This document shows positions 26,780-38,406 of a stretch of 64,000 nucleotides of DNA, one piece after another. The notes beneath the pieces were generated by a model, which worked only from the letters and a program-made list of their open reading frames with translations, made no database searches and was not told the DNA's origin. The stretch is from Mobula hypostoma (lineage: Eukaryota): NCBI RefSeq assembly GCF_963921235.1, contig NC_086115.1:31806001-31870000 (forward strand), given 5' to 3'. Positions within the stretch are counted from its first letter, which is position 1. The number at the start of each line of letters is the position of its first letter. The position numbers and the translations under genes were made by a program.

Positions 26780-27900
26780 TCAGCTCTGACTGCTTCACTC
26801 TGAAGTTCCAATCTGCTTTAAGAAGACCATTATCATCCTGGTATGTAAGAAAACAAGGAAACATGCCTGAAGGACTACTGTCCGGTGGTCTGATACCCAC
26901 CATCACGAAGTGTTTTGAAAGGCTGGTCACGGCACACATTGACTACAGCAACTAGACAACTTCCCAATGTGCCTATCGCCAATGCAGGAGTATGGCGGCA
27001 ACATCTCCCTGGCCCTACACTAATCTCTAGAATATCTGTACAGTAAAGACATCTACTTTGGAATACTGTTTGGCAAACTGCAAACACTGCAACTTTTGAC
27101 ACCTTCTGTACTATAATTCCAAGCAAACTCATCTCCAAACTAGTAAACCTGGGACTCAACATCTCACTTTGCGACTGGAACATTGCCTCCCTGAACTGCA
27201 ATCAGTAAGGACAGTTTGCAACGCCTCCACCACAGCTCTTCTCAACGATGATGCCCCACTAGGCTGGATCTTCAATCACTTACTCTGCTTCCTATACACT
27301 GGCTAGATTCTGCTCTAATTCCATCTACAAGTTTACAGATGATATCAGCATTGTGGGCAGTACCTCAAATAACAATGAGTTGGAGTGCTGTAAAGAAACA
27401 GAAAGCCTAGTGACACGGTGCCAGACAACAGACTTGCCCTCAAGGTCAGGAAAACCAAACAGTTGGTCATTGACTTCAGGCAGAAGGGTTGTGTACATCA
27501 GTGGCTCCAAGGTCGAGAGAATTGAGAGGCTGGGACTTGCAGTGAGTTGTGTCCAGAACTAAGCACATCACGCAAACTAGCCTCCCTTCCACGGACTCCG
27601 TCTCTTCTTCCGCTGACTCAGTAACACAGCCAGCATAATCGAATACCCCAAAGACTCCACCCACCCTCGACATGTTCTCATCTTCCATCCCCACCCACCC
27701 CATCAGGCAGGGAATACAGAATCTTGAAAGCATGTATCTGCAGGCTCAAGGACAGCATTTATTCTGCTTCTACAAGACTAGTGAACAGTTCCTGAGTACA
27801 ATGAAATGGACTCTGGACCTCACAAACTACCTCATTGTGACCTTTCACCTATTGTCTGCTTACTCTATACTTCCTCTGTAACCTTAACACTTAATTCTGC
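26780..27900 (+). mobile_element. Rex1/Babar-like LINE, degenerate RT and 3' end
   Basis: ITKCFERLV..HI motif and a KFTDD-like RT motif near 27330; the tail resumes after 28480. Confidence 0.7.
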
Positions 27901-27904
27901 AGTT

Positions 27905-28472
27905 CACATAAAGGTTGCTGGTGAACGCAGCAGGCCAGGCAGCATCTATAGGAAAAGGTACAGTCGACGTTTCGGGCCGAGATCTTTCGTCAGGACTAAC
28001 TGAAAGAAGAACTAGTAAGAGATTTGAAAGTGGGAGGGGGAGGGGGAGATCCGAAATGATAGGAGAAGACAGGAGGGGGGGATGGAGCCAAGAGCTGAGA
28101 GAAGACAGGAGGGGGAGGGATGGAGCCAAGAGCTGGGAGAAGACAGGAGGGGGAGGGATGGAGCCAAGAGATGAGAGAAGACAGGAAGGGGAGGGATGGA
28201 GCCAAGAGATGACAGAAGACAGGAGGGGGAGGGATGGAGCCAAGAGCTGGGAGAAGACAGGAGGGGAAGGGATGGATCTCCCCCTCCCCCTCCCACTTTC
28301 AAATCTCTTACTAAATCTTCTTTCAGTTAGACCTGACGAAGGGTCTTGGCCCGAAAAATCGACTGTACCTCTTCCTAGAGATGCTGCCTGGCCTGCTGAG
28401 TTCACTAGCAACCTTTATGTCTGTTGCTTGAAATTCCAGCATCTGCAGATTTCCTTGTCTTTGTGTTTTTAT
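27905..28472. mobile_element. Non-coding Penelope derivative: inverted pseudo-LTR pair around a ~38-bp tandem array
   Basis: 27905-28060 is the reverse complement of 28270-28425; ~6 copies of gagaagacaggagggggagggatggagccaagagct at 28062-28275; TSD TTCTGCAGTT at 27895-27904 and 28473-28482. Confidence 0.88.
27962..27997 (-). ncRNA. Minimal type-I hammerhead ribozyme motif
   Basis: Reverse complement reads agtc-CTGACGA-aagatctcggccc-GAAA-cgtc^gact; stem II is weakened. Confidence 0.6.
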
Positions 28473-29710
28473 TTCTGCAGTTATTAGTTTACCTTGTACT
28501 AACACAATGAACTGTCGTAACAAATTGATCTGAAATAAAAGGTATGCATTTGAAATAAAATATATATGGGCCATTAAAAGAGAAAGATGAAGAAGATAAG
28601 CCCACTGAGAAGAACAAACTGATTCACTGGATTTTTATCTAGAGGTAGAGAACATAAAAATGATGAAGTAATGTCAAACTTCAAAATTAAAGTTGCACCA
28701 AAGATGAAGAATTATGTTCAGCTCTAAGCTTCTTGTTAAAGTGAATACATTAGAATACTGAATGTATTGGAATGAAAAGATGTCCAGTAATAGAATGTTA
28801 CGGATAACCTGATAGAATGATAAGTGAACATCATTAGCAACAGAGATAAATTGTTTCTACTCTTTGATGGGATGATAAAAGAGGCACGAACAGGAATAAC
28901 AAAAAATGAAATTAGAGTAAAATTCCTTACAGAATGCTGAATCCCCCCAGACAAACTTTTGTTGATGTCTTGAAAAAGCAGAAGACTAAACAGGGCGACA
29001 GTCTGCCAATAACATGGTACGTGTGGAGAGAAAAACACAAGACAGATTCAGTAAATTTATAAGGAATTATCAACTGTACTTGGTCTGATTAACCTTTTGA
29101 AATCAATTTCCAGATTTATAATATTGAATCAGACTGGTCAACATTTTGACTAGACAGCTTACATTTATACATAATTCTTCTTCATGAATATATTTAATTG
29201 AGCAGCTCAGTCAGTTTTGAAATGTCAGGTGTGGCTGATTTTATAAGTCTTCTCTCATGAAAATAGATGCAGCCTAATTCGATGTTCGAGACATGATGAA
29301 AAGTGTTCACACAGTAAGGTGGTACATCCCACTTAATAAATACACAAGGGTAAGTTTTAGACCACAAGGACCACAAACCCACTGCTGGAAGCTGTCATAT
29401 TGAGCAGAAATAAAGATAGTAAATGAATACAGATCAAAATTTACCCACCATCTGCTGAGACATGAAATGAATTTGGGAATCACAAGCTTATTATTAACCT
29501 AGTCCAGGATGATTATGCAAAACTGTATTAGTTCAGCACTAATCGACAATGCATGAGTGTTAAACCAGCTTTTTAAATCTCCTTAATAATCATTATCCCC
29601 AAACTCCAACCAATAAACATAAATTCCTGTGGTAATAGTGAGGATTAGGGTAGTGCATGAAATAACGACTTACAGAAGTAATTACTTATTTCATGTAATA
29701 ATGAAAGTAT

Positions 29711-30000
29711 GGGTTACCATAGTAGTGCAGCGGGTAGTCTGATATTATTACAGGACAGGGTATCAGACTCCAGAGTTCAACTCCAGCGTCATCCATAAGG
29801 AGTCAGTATATACTCCCCACGGAATGTGTGGGTTTTCCCACATGTTCCAATTTCCTCCCACAGTCCAAAGAAATATCTGTTAATAGGCTAACTGTAAAGT
29901 GTCCCATAATTAGGCTAGGGTTGCATTATGGGTTGCTGGATGGTGCGGCTTGAAGGGCCAGAAGGGCCTATTCCGCTCTGCTTCCCAATAAATACATAAA
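29711..30000 (+). mobile_element. Degenerate tRNA-derived SINE with a CR1-like tail
   Basis: A-box-like tagtgcagcggg, B-box-like gagttcaactcc, and ...gaagggcctatt 3' end. Confidence 0.6.
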
Positions 30001-30654
30001 TAATGAGGTGTTTTCCTCGGGTTTTACTTGCACCGGCTGAAATTCAGTCAGCTACCTAGCTAAGCAAGGGATACGATGCACCTACACTGTGCAGTGAAGC
30101 TCTAAGTCCAGTGCTCTTCTTCGCATCTCACAGGTGCTGGGGGCAGGGTAACCACACATTCACTGTCCCTGCAGCAGGTTTCCTCTGGCAATAGAGCAGT
30201 ACAGCACAGGAACAGGCCCTTCAACTCACAATCTTGCGCTGAACTAATGAAATTAGTAATCAAACGCCCAATTAAACTAATCCTTTTGTGCCAAAAGAAT
30301 GCCCATATCTTTCCATTTCCTGCTCAATCATGTGGCCATTTATGAGCCTGTTGAACACTTCTTTCATATTTACTTCTCCCACCACCCCAGGCACCCACTA
30401 TTCTGCTTAAAAAACTTGTCCCATACATCTCCTTTGAACTTACCCCTTCTCACCTTAAATGCAAGTCCTCTGATATTTGATAGTTTCACCCTAGGAAAAA
30501 TATACTGGTTGTCTACTCTATCTATGCCTTTTATAATCTTGTAAATCTCTATCAGATCTCCCCTCAGTCCCTGTTGCTCAGGGAAAGAAGTCAGTTGCAG
30601 GAGAAGATCCAGCCTCTAACGTCTGTACGTCATTGCAACACCTTTTCCATCAGT

Positions 30655-30855
30655 ACACACAAGAGATTCTGCAGATGCTGGAGATCCAGAGTAACAAAAA
30701 ACAAAATGCTAGGAGAACTCAGCAGATCAGGCAGCATCTATGGAGAGGAATGAACAGTCGATGTTTTGGGCTCACACTGTTGAAAGATCTCACCCTGAAA
30801 TATCGACTGTTTGTCCTTCTCCGTAGATGCTGCCTACTTGCTGAGTTCCTCTTCC
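30655..30855. mobile_element. Fold-back Penelope pseudo-LTR mini-element
   Basis: aactcagcagatcaggcagcatctatggagagg..acagtcgat is inverted relative to atcgactgt..ttctccgtagatgctgcctacttgctgagtt. Confidence 0.75.
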
Positions 30856-31594
30856 AATAGCGTGGCACTGGAACGTTAGATCTGGCATTCTGCTGTCACC
30901 TGTTTATGAGTTTGCATTTCTCCGCAATAGTCCAACCTTCTATTTTATTTCTTTGGTATCAAATAGGTGGAAAAGAACATTCCATCTCCCTGACATTTAA
31001 GTCCACTCACAAATGTTACAACTGATGATCTGATTGGCCCTTGATTCTTTTTCCACAACAACATTCCTGACAGAAGTGAATCCGGAGAACACCTGACAAT
31101 CTCCAGATTACGGTGAGCCAAATTAGTTGCGATTTTTTTGAAGTATTTTAATGTAAATGTACAATGAGTTATTTGAAACTTGTTTCAACTTTCAGATACC
31201 AGTTTCACCATAGCAATTTATAAAACAGCTGGATTGCAATGCCATCTGAAGGTTTTCATCGTAGACCGTACTGAGTAACATCTGGCTGAAATTGGTTAAT
31301 GCAATCCAAAAACTGTTAAATCTGACTGAACCATCAATTGCTAATCACCGTTCAATTATGTGGAACAGTCCTGCTGCTAATCACATTAAGGAGAGTTGCA
31401 GCAGCCCAGCACTGACTCAGGAACATTCTGCATATCACAGTGTTATCTTGCATATTCAAGCTACCTCTATTCCTTAGGGAAGGCAGACATTTTGACCCCA
31501 AATACCCATACTAGCCCCTGAAGCACTGCTCATTTGAAGGAATATCAGCCAAAATAGTTCTGTTGATTTGTTTTCTCAACCAATGAAATATAGT

Positions 31595-32706
31595 CAGTGG
31601 CCACTTTATTAGGTACACCTGCTTGTTAGTGCAAATCAGCCAATCATCTGGCAGCAACTCATTGCATAAAAGCATGCAGACATGGTCAAGAGGTTCAGTT
31701 AGGATTGTGTGAGGAATGTCAGCAAGAGGAGTCAGTAGAACATGTAGTTCTGAGTTGCAGGAAGTACGGGATACAGAGAGAGATGATGAGAATTAATCTA
31801 AGGGAACTGGGGATGCAGGAATTCACATTAAAAGGGTTGCTGGGCATGGGTGAGAGAGCACAGGTTAGGGTATTTTTAGCTTTCTTAAGGGGTACAGGGG
31901 TTTTTTATAGGATATGACGGATAAGCAGGAATAGGGTACTAGGATGGCCAAAGATGTGAGGATAAAGTGTAGGTTAGGGTATGTGTGTGTGTGTGTAATT
32001 GGGTGAAGGGATTTGGAATATAAGTCCATTGCACACTCCGGAGCAGAAGGTGGCGGTAATGCACCATTAAGCTGGGTGCCAACCGCCGTAAAACAAGACA
32101 AGGAAGAAGATGAAGAGGTTCAGTTGTTTTCAGAACAGAGAATATGTTCTAAGTGACATGGACCATGGAATAATTGTTGGTCCCAGACATAAGACCACAG
32201 ACCATAAGACAAAGGAGCAGAAGTAGGCCATTCGGCCCATCGAGTCTGCTCCGCCATTTTATCATGAGCTGATCCATTCTCCTATTTAGTCCCACTCCCC
32301 CGCCTTCTCACCATAACCTTTGATGCCCTGGCTACTCAGATACCTATCATGGTGGTTGTATATCTCAGAAACTGCTGATTTCCTGGGATTTTCACACACA
32401 ACAGACTCCAGATTTTACAGAGAATGGTACAAAAAAGAATAAAAAAACATCCAGTGAATGACAGTTCTGTGGGTGAAAACACCTTCTTAATTTGAGAGGT
32501 TAGAGGAGAACAGCCAGTCTGATTCAAGCGGACGGGAAGGCAATGGTAACTCAAATACCCACGCATTACAACTGTGGTGCGCAGAAAAACAACTCTGAAT
32601 ACACAACTTCTTGAATTTTGAAGTGGATAAGCTACAGCAACAGAAAACTACCAACATGCACTCAACAGCCATCAGGAAATACGTACTTAATAAAGTGGCC
32701 ACTAAG
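31595..32706. mobile_element. Tc1-like MITE containing two nested LINE fragments
   Basis: TIRs cagtggccactttatta / taataaagtggccact; hosts 31701-32112 and a CR1 tail at ~32190-32347. Confidence 0.8.
31701..32112 (+). mobile_element. I-group (Nimb-like) LINE 3' end
   Basis: CCHC knuckle CEECQQEESVEHVVLSC..FLRGTG; 3' UTR ggtggcggtaatgcacc..ccaaccgcc with (GAA)n tail; 13-bp TSD AAGAGGTTCAGTT at 31688-31700 and 32113-32125. Confidence 0.82.
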
Positions 32707-33959
32707 TGTACAAAATGCCCCCAAAATACTGAAGAAAAAAATAAAAAAAGTAAAAGGAAACCAAAAGAAAGACTTAAGCACATTTAAATACTCAAAAATA
32801 CTTCAGAGTTTTATTTTGAACTGTCGTCACTGTTGTTATGTAAGAACTATAGCCATCAAACTGCACGCTGCAAATTCCCACAGATACCCACATGACGATG
32901 TCCTGATAATCCATTTTAGTAATGCTAGCCGAGGATAATTTTTCTTTGAATTATTACTGTGGAAGTGTTTATGCCATCTGAAAGAGAAGTCATCCTTTAA
33001 CATTATATGTGAGAGGCATGAAATGTTTAATGACTCAATACTGGATGAGACAAACACGAGATTCTGCAGATGCTGCAAATCCAGAAACTTACAGAGTGGA
33101 ATAAACAGTTGACTTTTCGAGCCGACACCCTTCATCTTAACCTGAAACATCGACTGTTTATTCCTTTCCATAGGTGCTGCCTGACCTGCTGAGTTCCTCC
33201 AGCATTTTGTGTGTGTTACACTGGGTGACACTGTTGGGGTGCATTCTGGAGTTAGGGTTTACAGGAAATATTAATTTCATCAGCAACCAATCTTCAGATT
33301 TGAATGTGGATTGCAGATTGAATTTAAAATGTAGCTCAGGACAATTAGTCCTGAGATGGCTGCATATGCATGAATGTAGCCTAGAATCAGTGGCAATTAA
33401 CATTCTTTTGGGTGTCTGGTGTGTGGGTGCAAAGAAGTTGTTTGAAAACGATATGTAATTCAAAGGAAGCATTGTAGATACATCGTAACATCAGAATTGT
33501 CCTACTGTTACCTTTGATTTTTAGCATATAAACATGTCATGTGATATTGGGTCGGGCAGGCCTCCTCATACGAATATAATGCTTGTATAGTCATTTTGCC
33601 AGAAGAAAGGTTTCTATATCCAGTAGATTCAGCGACTTTTTTCATGTTACAACAACACAATACAGGACTGAGAGTCTAGGCTTTTGAGTCATGAAGTCAT
33701 GAGCATGGAAACACACCCTGCAGCCCACCAAGGCTGTGCGAACTACACCAATCCCATTTTATTTTATTCTCTCACATTCTCAGCAGCTCCCCCTGGATTC
33801 CACCACTTACTCCACACACACAAATACAATTTACAGTGGCAGCACACACAGAAAACTAGGATCCCCAAGTGGAAGAAGCCCATGTGCTCACAGAGAAATT
33901 GTGCAAACTCTACACAGAAGGCCTGGAACCCAGGCCACCAGAGTCGTATTTTTATGCAC

Positions 33960-34335
33960 TCATTCTTATATCAAACTTCTGGTAATTACTCCTCCTCCCC
34001 CTTCTTGTTTTCCATTTTCCATTCTAGTTACTCTCTCACCCTTCTCTTCTCCTCACCATCCCCTTTCTCCAACTCCTTCCCTTTCTTCCATGGTCCACCA
34101 TTCTCTCCCATGAGATTACTTCTTTTTCATCCTTCACCTCTTTCACCTATCACCTCGCAGCTTCCTACCAGTTTTACTGATCGCCTGCCAGTCTGTACCC
34201 CCCCCCCCACTCCTGTCCTTTTTATTCTGGCTTCTGCCCCCTTCCTTCACAGTCCTGATGAAGGGTCTCGGCCTGAAGCATCGGCAGTTTATTCCCCCTC
34301 CATAGATGCTGCCTGACTTGCTGAGTTCCTCCAAC
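33960..34335 (+). mobile_element. Penelope pseudo-LTR fragment with a degenerate hammerhead
   Basis: agtcctgatgaagggtctcggcctgaagcatc at 34251 followed by the conserved tail. Confidence 0.75.
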
Positions 34336-34660
34336 CCCTTACATTTCTAAAGAATGCTTACTGCATCACTAAGCATTGAAATTCAGATATTGTAGTCTGT
34401 GATTCATTGCTCCTCCGCAGGTGGTGCTATTTTACAACATTCTCCAGTGTAATCTTTGGATTAGTGATTATGAGCAATTTAAATTATTTTTGATGTTCAA
34501 AAAATTCTTAAGACATTACATTCACATGATATTACACAAACCACAATTCCTATTTAACAATCACTTAGTACTAAAAAATTAATTTTTAAGAGTGACATAA
34601 ACTCTCTTGGAAAATCATGTTGAAATTCTGCATTTTAAATTACTAAAACTATTTTCTGTA

Positions 34661-34796
34661 ACCGGGAGAGGGATGGGCTTCGCCAGGTTTCAGATGCCTA
34701 AGACACGCCGTACGATGAGCATACCCAAAAAAAAAGGTTGTCATGACGGCGCCCTGACGACTCCACCAAGAGTTAAGGGTGCACACACACACACAC
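34661..34796 (+). mobile_element. 136-bp short retroposon with an RTE-type 3' end
   Basis: TSD TTTCTGTA at 34653-34660 and 34797-34804; 3' ~42 bp shared with 57189-57230; (CA)n tail. Confidence 0.75.
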
Positions 34797-35817
34797 TTTC
34801 TGTATGATTTCATATTATTAATTAATATTGAATAATATTAATCTAATTAATGATTAGTATTGCTAACACAAAATATATCATAATAATTGTTCTGATATGG
34901 TTACATTGTTCACATAACTGTTTGAATTCCAATGGATATGTAGTTCCTATGTTTGACACCACTTCCAGCCATCGTGATAAAAACATCATAAATGGGAACA
35001 TGTTTCAGTGGTTTGTTGGCATCATGGTAGTGTAACGGTAGTTATCTGTAGGAGCTTGCAATGTAATAAAGCAAATACGTTTTACTACTAAGTAACAGTC
35101 CTGCCCTATGTAGGCACTGCCACAATTTGCAGAACACCACTTCATTTTACCCGCTTGGTGGACATCAAGACAGATAAAAGACACCAGAAGTGGCAGATAC
35201 TGGAGCCGTACGTTGGAAGAACTCAGCGGGTCAAGACCATCTGTGGGAGGAAGGGAAGTGTTGCTGGTTGCAGTGTGAACCCTGCAGCAGGACTTCCTGG
35301 TGCAGAATGTCCACCTGAGATATCAACAATTCCTTTCTTCCCCACAGGTGCTGCTCAACCCGCTGAGCTCTCTCAGCAGATTCCTCTGGGTGCCCCAGTT
35401 TCCTCCCAAAGACAATGAAAAATAAAGCAGAGGTTGACTGGTTCTGATTAGTAAGGGCGTCAAGGGTTATAGGAAAAAGGCAGGAGAATGAGGTTGAAAG
35501 GGAATATAAATCAGCTAAGGCTGAATGGCAGAGCAGACTTGATGGGCTGAGTGGCCAAATTCTGCTCCTCTGTCTTAGGGTCTTATAGTCTTGTTATTTG
35601 TTGCTCAAGAAGGGAAAGTAGATTTGAATATCCACTTGAAGATCTCAATGCAAGATCTAAGCCACTGCCAAGCTCAGGTCCAACTGATGCCCAGCTCCCA
35701 GGATACACTGGCAACTTGCCAGATGGGAATAGGGAAATTGGGATTGGCTGTTGGAGGGTGAGGTGTGGATAGCAGTTGGGTGCTCTATCTGTTGGTGAGT
35801 GATAGGAGATATGAGGC

Positions 35818-36457
35818 AATCAGGTAGATAGGGTAGTTAAGAAAGCTTATGGGGTGTTAGCTTTCATAAGTCGAGGGATAGAGTTTAAGAGTCGTGAGGT
35901 AATGATGCAGCTCTATAAAACTCTGGTTAGGCCACACTTGGAGTACTGTGTCCAGTTCTGGTCGCCTCACTATAGGAAGGATGTGGAAGCATTGGAAAAG
36001 GTACAGAGGAGACTTACCAGGATGCTGCCTGGTTTAGAGAGTATGCATTATGATCAGAGATTAAGGGAGCTAGGGCTTTACTCTTTGGAGAGAAGGAGGA
36101 TGAGAGCAGACATGATAGAGGTATACAAGATATTAAGAGGAATAGATAGAGTGGACAGCCAGCGCCTCTTCCCCAGGACACCACTGCTCAATACAAGAGG
36201 ACATGGCTTTAAGGTAAGGGGTGGGAGGTTCAAGGGGGATATTAGAGGAAGGTTTTTTACTCAGAGAGTGGTTGGTGTGTGGAATGCACTGCCTGAGTCA
36301 GTGGTGGAGGCAGATACGTTAGTGAAATTTAAGAGACTACTAGACAGGTATATGGAGGAATTTAAGGTGGGGGGGTTATACGGGAGGCAGGGTTTGAGGG
36401 TCAGCACAACATTGTGGGCCGAAGGGCCTGTACTGTGCTGTACTATTCTATGTTCTA
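35818..36457 (+). mobile_element. CR1 LINE 3' fragment (second subfamily)
   Basis: ORF 35854-36477 LYKTLVRPHLEYCVQFWSPHYRKD..FFTQRVVGVWNALP; ttctatgttcta tail. Confidence 0.93.
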
Positions 36458-37571
36458 TAACAGGAGGGAAAAGGTAGAAGACCATAAACAGGCCAGCACT
36501 TTGCTAAAAGCTATCTCAACCACAAAGTACATTCCAGGTCCATAAAAAACATTATTGTATATCCTGACTCTGTACCAGCTGGTCCTGTGGTGTTAATTGG
36601 ATAAACATGCTGATCTCACCAATTATCAAAGCTACAATGGGATCTAAATGAATCAAAGTATCCTTCAGCAGATCAAACACAGACTGGCTTCTGCAAGTCC
36701 CAACAGATACACTAGAAGACGCTACCAAAATCCATAAATGTTAATAAGTGGATGTGTCGTCATCTAACTCTGTTTCTGTTGGACAGAGACCGTGGAAACT
36801 TTTGCCAAATCCGTCCCCTATTATAATGTGCTTTATCTGGAATCTACCTCAGAATCTCAGACCTTGTTACTTTCAACGTTAATCATTACTGATAGTGCCA
36901 ACTAGTGGTGGTTTTGTGTTGTTGACTCTGTTCCAGAGGAAACAAGGCTTGGAAAATCTAAACTTTCCTCATATAGCACACAGCACAGAGACCATCAGAT
37001 TGGATGGTTTTCAAAGCAAACCCTAGAAGTAAACGTCAGAACTTTAGATATTAAGCTGTGTTTGATATTTTAATTGAGTCAGAGACTCCAATAGATGTAT
37101 CTGTTGACAAGGAACTCCAAAGAAAAATCAGTAGATAGTTAGTCAAGAAATTGTTAGTCCATGAATCAAGAATATTAACAATTTGTTAAGTATAATCATT
37201 TTTATAATGTTTCTAATAATTGCAGTTATGTATTCTCTTTCAGTCACTCCAGGGACAAAGAGGTTAAAAATAGGATTTTTTTTTATAGACTTTGACATAG
37301 TGAAAGCTGAGTCTACGATAATGATCTACGATTCTCCAGAAAGGCATGACATCATTGTTAATAGTGTCTTGTTCCAGCCATCGCTGATTCTTAATACCGC
37401 AGACTTTCGGTACTCTTGCTGGTTCTTTGTTACATCTACTGGTGTTTAGCCAATGTCACTGATGTTCTGACACTTTCAATGGCTCAATGCTGTTGCTGTT
37501 CTAATTTTACAATGCTGCACACAATACGAGAATTCTAAACAGATTAGTTCAGTTTAATTTAGCAACTGCTA

Positions 37572-38082
37572 AGAGAGTGTGAGAGAGAAGGGGGAACGGG
37601 TGAGAGAGAGGGAGGGAAGGAAGGGGTGAGAGGGGGAGGGAGGGAAGGACTGAGAGGGGGAGGGAGGGAAGGTGATGGGGAGGGAAGGGAGGAGTGAGAG
37701 GGAAGAAGAGAGAGAGGGGAAGAGAGAGGGGAAGAGAGAAGGGAAGAGAGAGAGGGGAAGAGAGAGAGGGGGAAGAGAGAGAGAGGGCAAGAGAGAGGGG
37801 GGCAAGAGAGAGGGGGGCAAGAGAGAGGGGAAGAGAGAGAGGGGAAGAGAGAAAGGGAGGGGAAGAGAGAAAGAGTGGGGAGGGAGAAAGAGAGGGGGAA
37901 GAGAGAGGGAAGGAAGAGAAAAAGCAGGGAGAGAGGGGAGGGATGGAGAGGGGAAAAGAGAGTTAGAGAAAGAGATAGGGAAAGAAAGAGAGGGGAAGAG
38001 GGGAGGAGAGAGAGGAGAAAGGGGGAAAGAAAGCTGGAGAGGAGAAGAGGGGGGAGAGGGGTTGAGGGTGAGGGAGAGGGAG
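37572..38082. repeat. ~510-bp polypurine (GA-rich) low-complexity tract
   Basis: Almost exclusively G/A on the + strand, with gggaagagagag-like units. Confidence 0.95.
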
Positions 38083-38406
38083 TTGCAGTACTACATTCTA
38101 TTCCATTACATGTTACTTACTTTTCCCAAATGCCATTCTTGTGCATAAACTGCCGCTGACACTGTTTTGTTTGTACTGTGTTGTCCTTCTATGATTGTGG
38201 GAATGTAGTGCTGGCACTGGAATGTGTGGTACCACATGCACGCTGCCCCCAGCACACTCTCGTGTGTTGGTTGTTAATATAAATGGTATATTTCATTGTA
38301 GGTTTCAATGTACACATGATAAATAAACTTGAATCTTAAAATTTAAAGTAAGTAGAGAGCATACACTGCAGTAACTGAAATACGTGGTTTCCCACTTTAA
38401 ATAAAT

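Noticed and set aside
27884-28487. Overlapping 175-aa and 190-aa ORFs on opposite strands
   Set aside because: Artefact of inverted pseudo-LTRs plus a tandem array.
37183-37500. Coding-looking unique sequence
   Set aside because: No convincing splice sites around an open frame and no recognisable protein.
37569-38159. Arg/Glu/Gly-rich ORFs
   Set aside because: Translation of a polypurine low-complexity tract.
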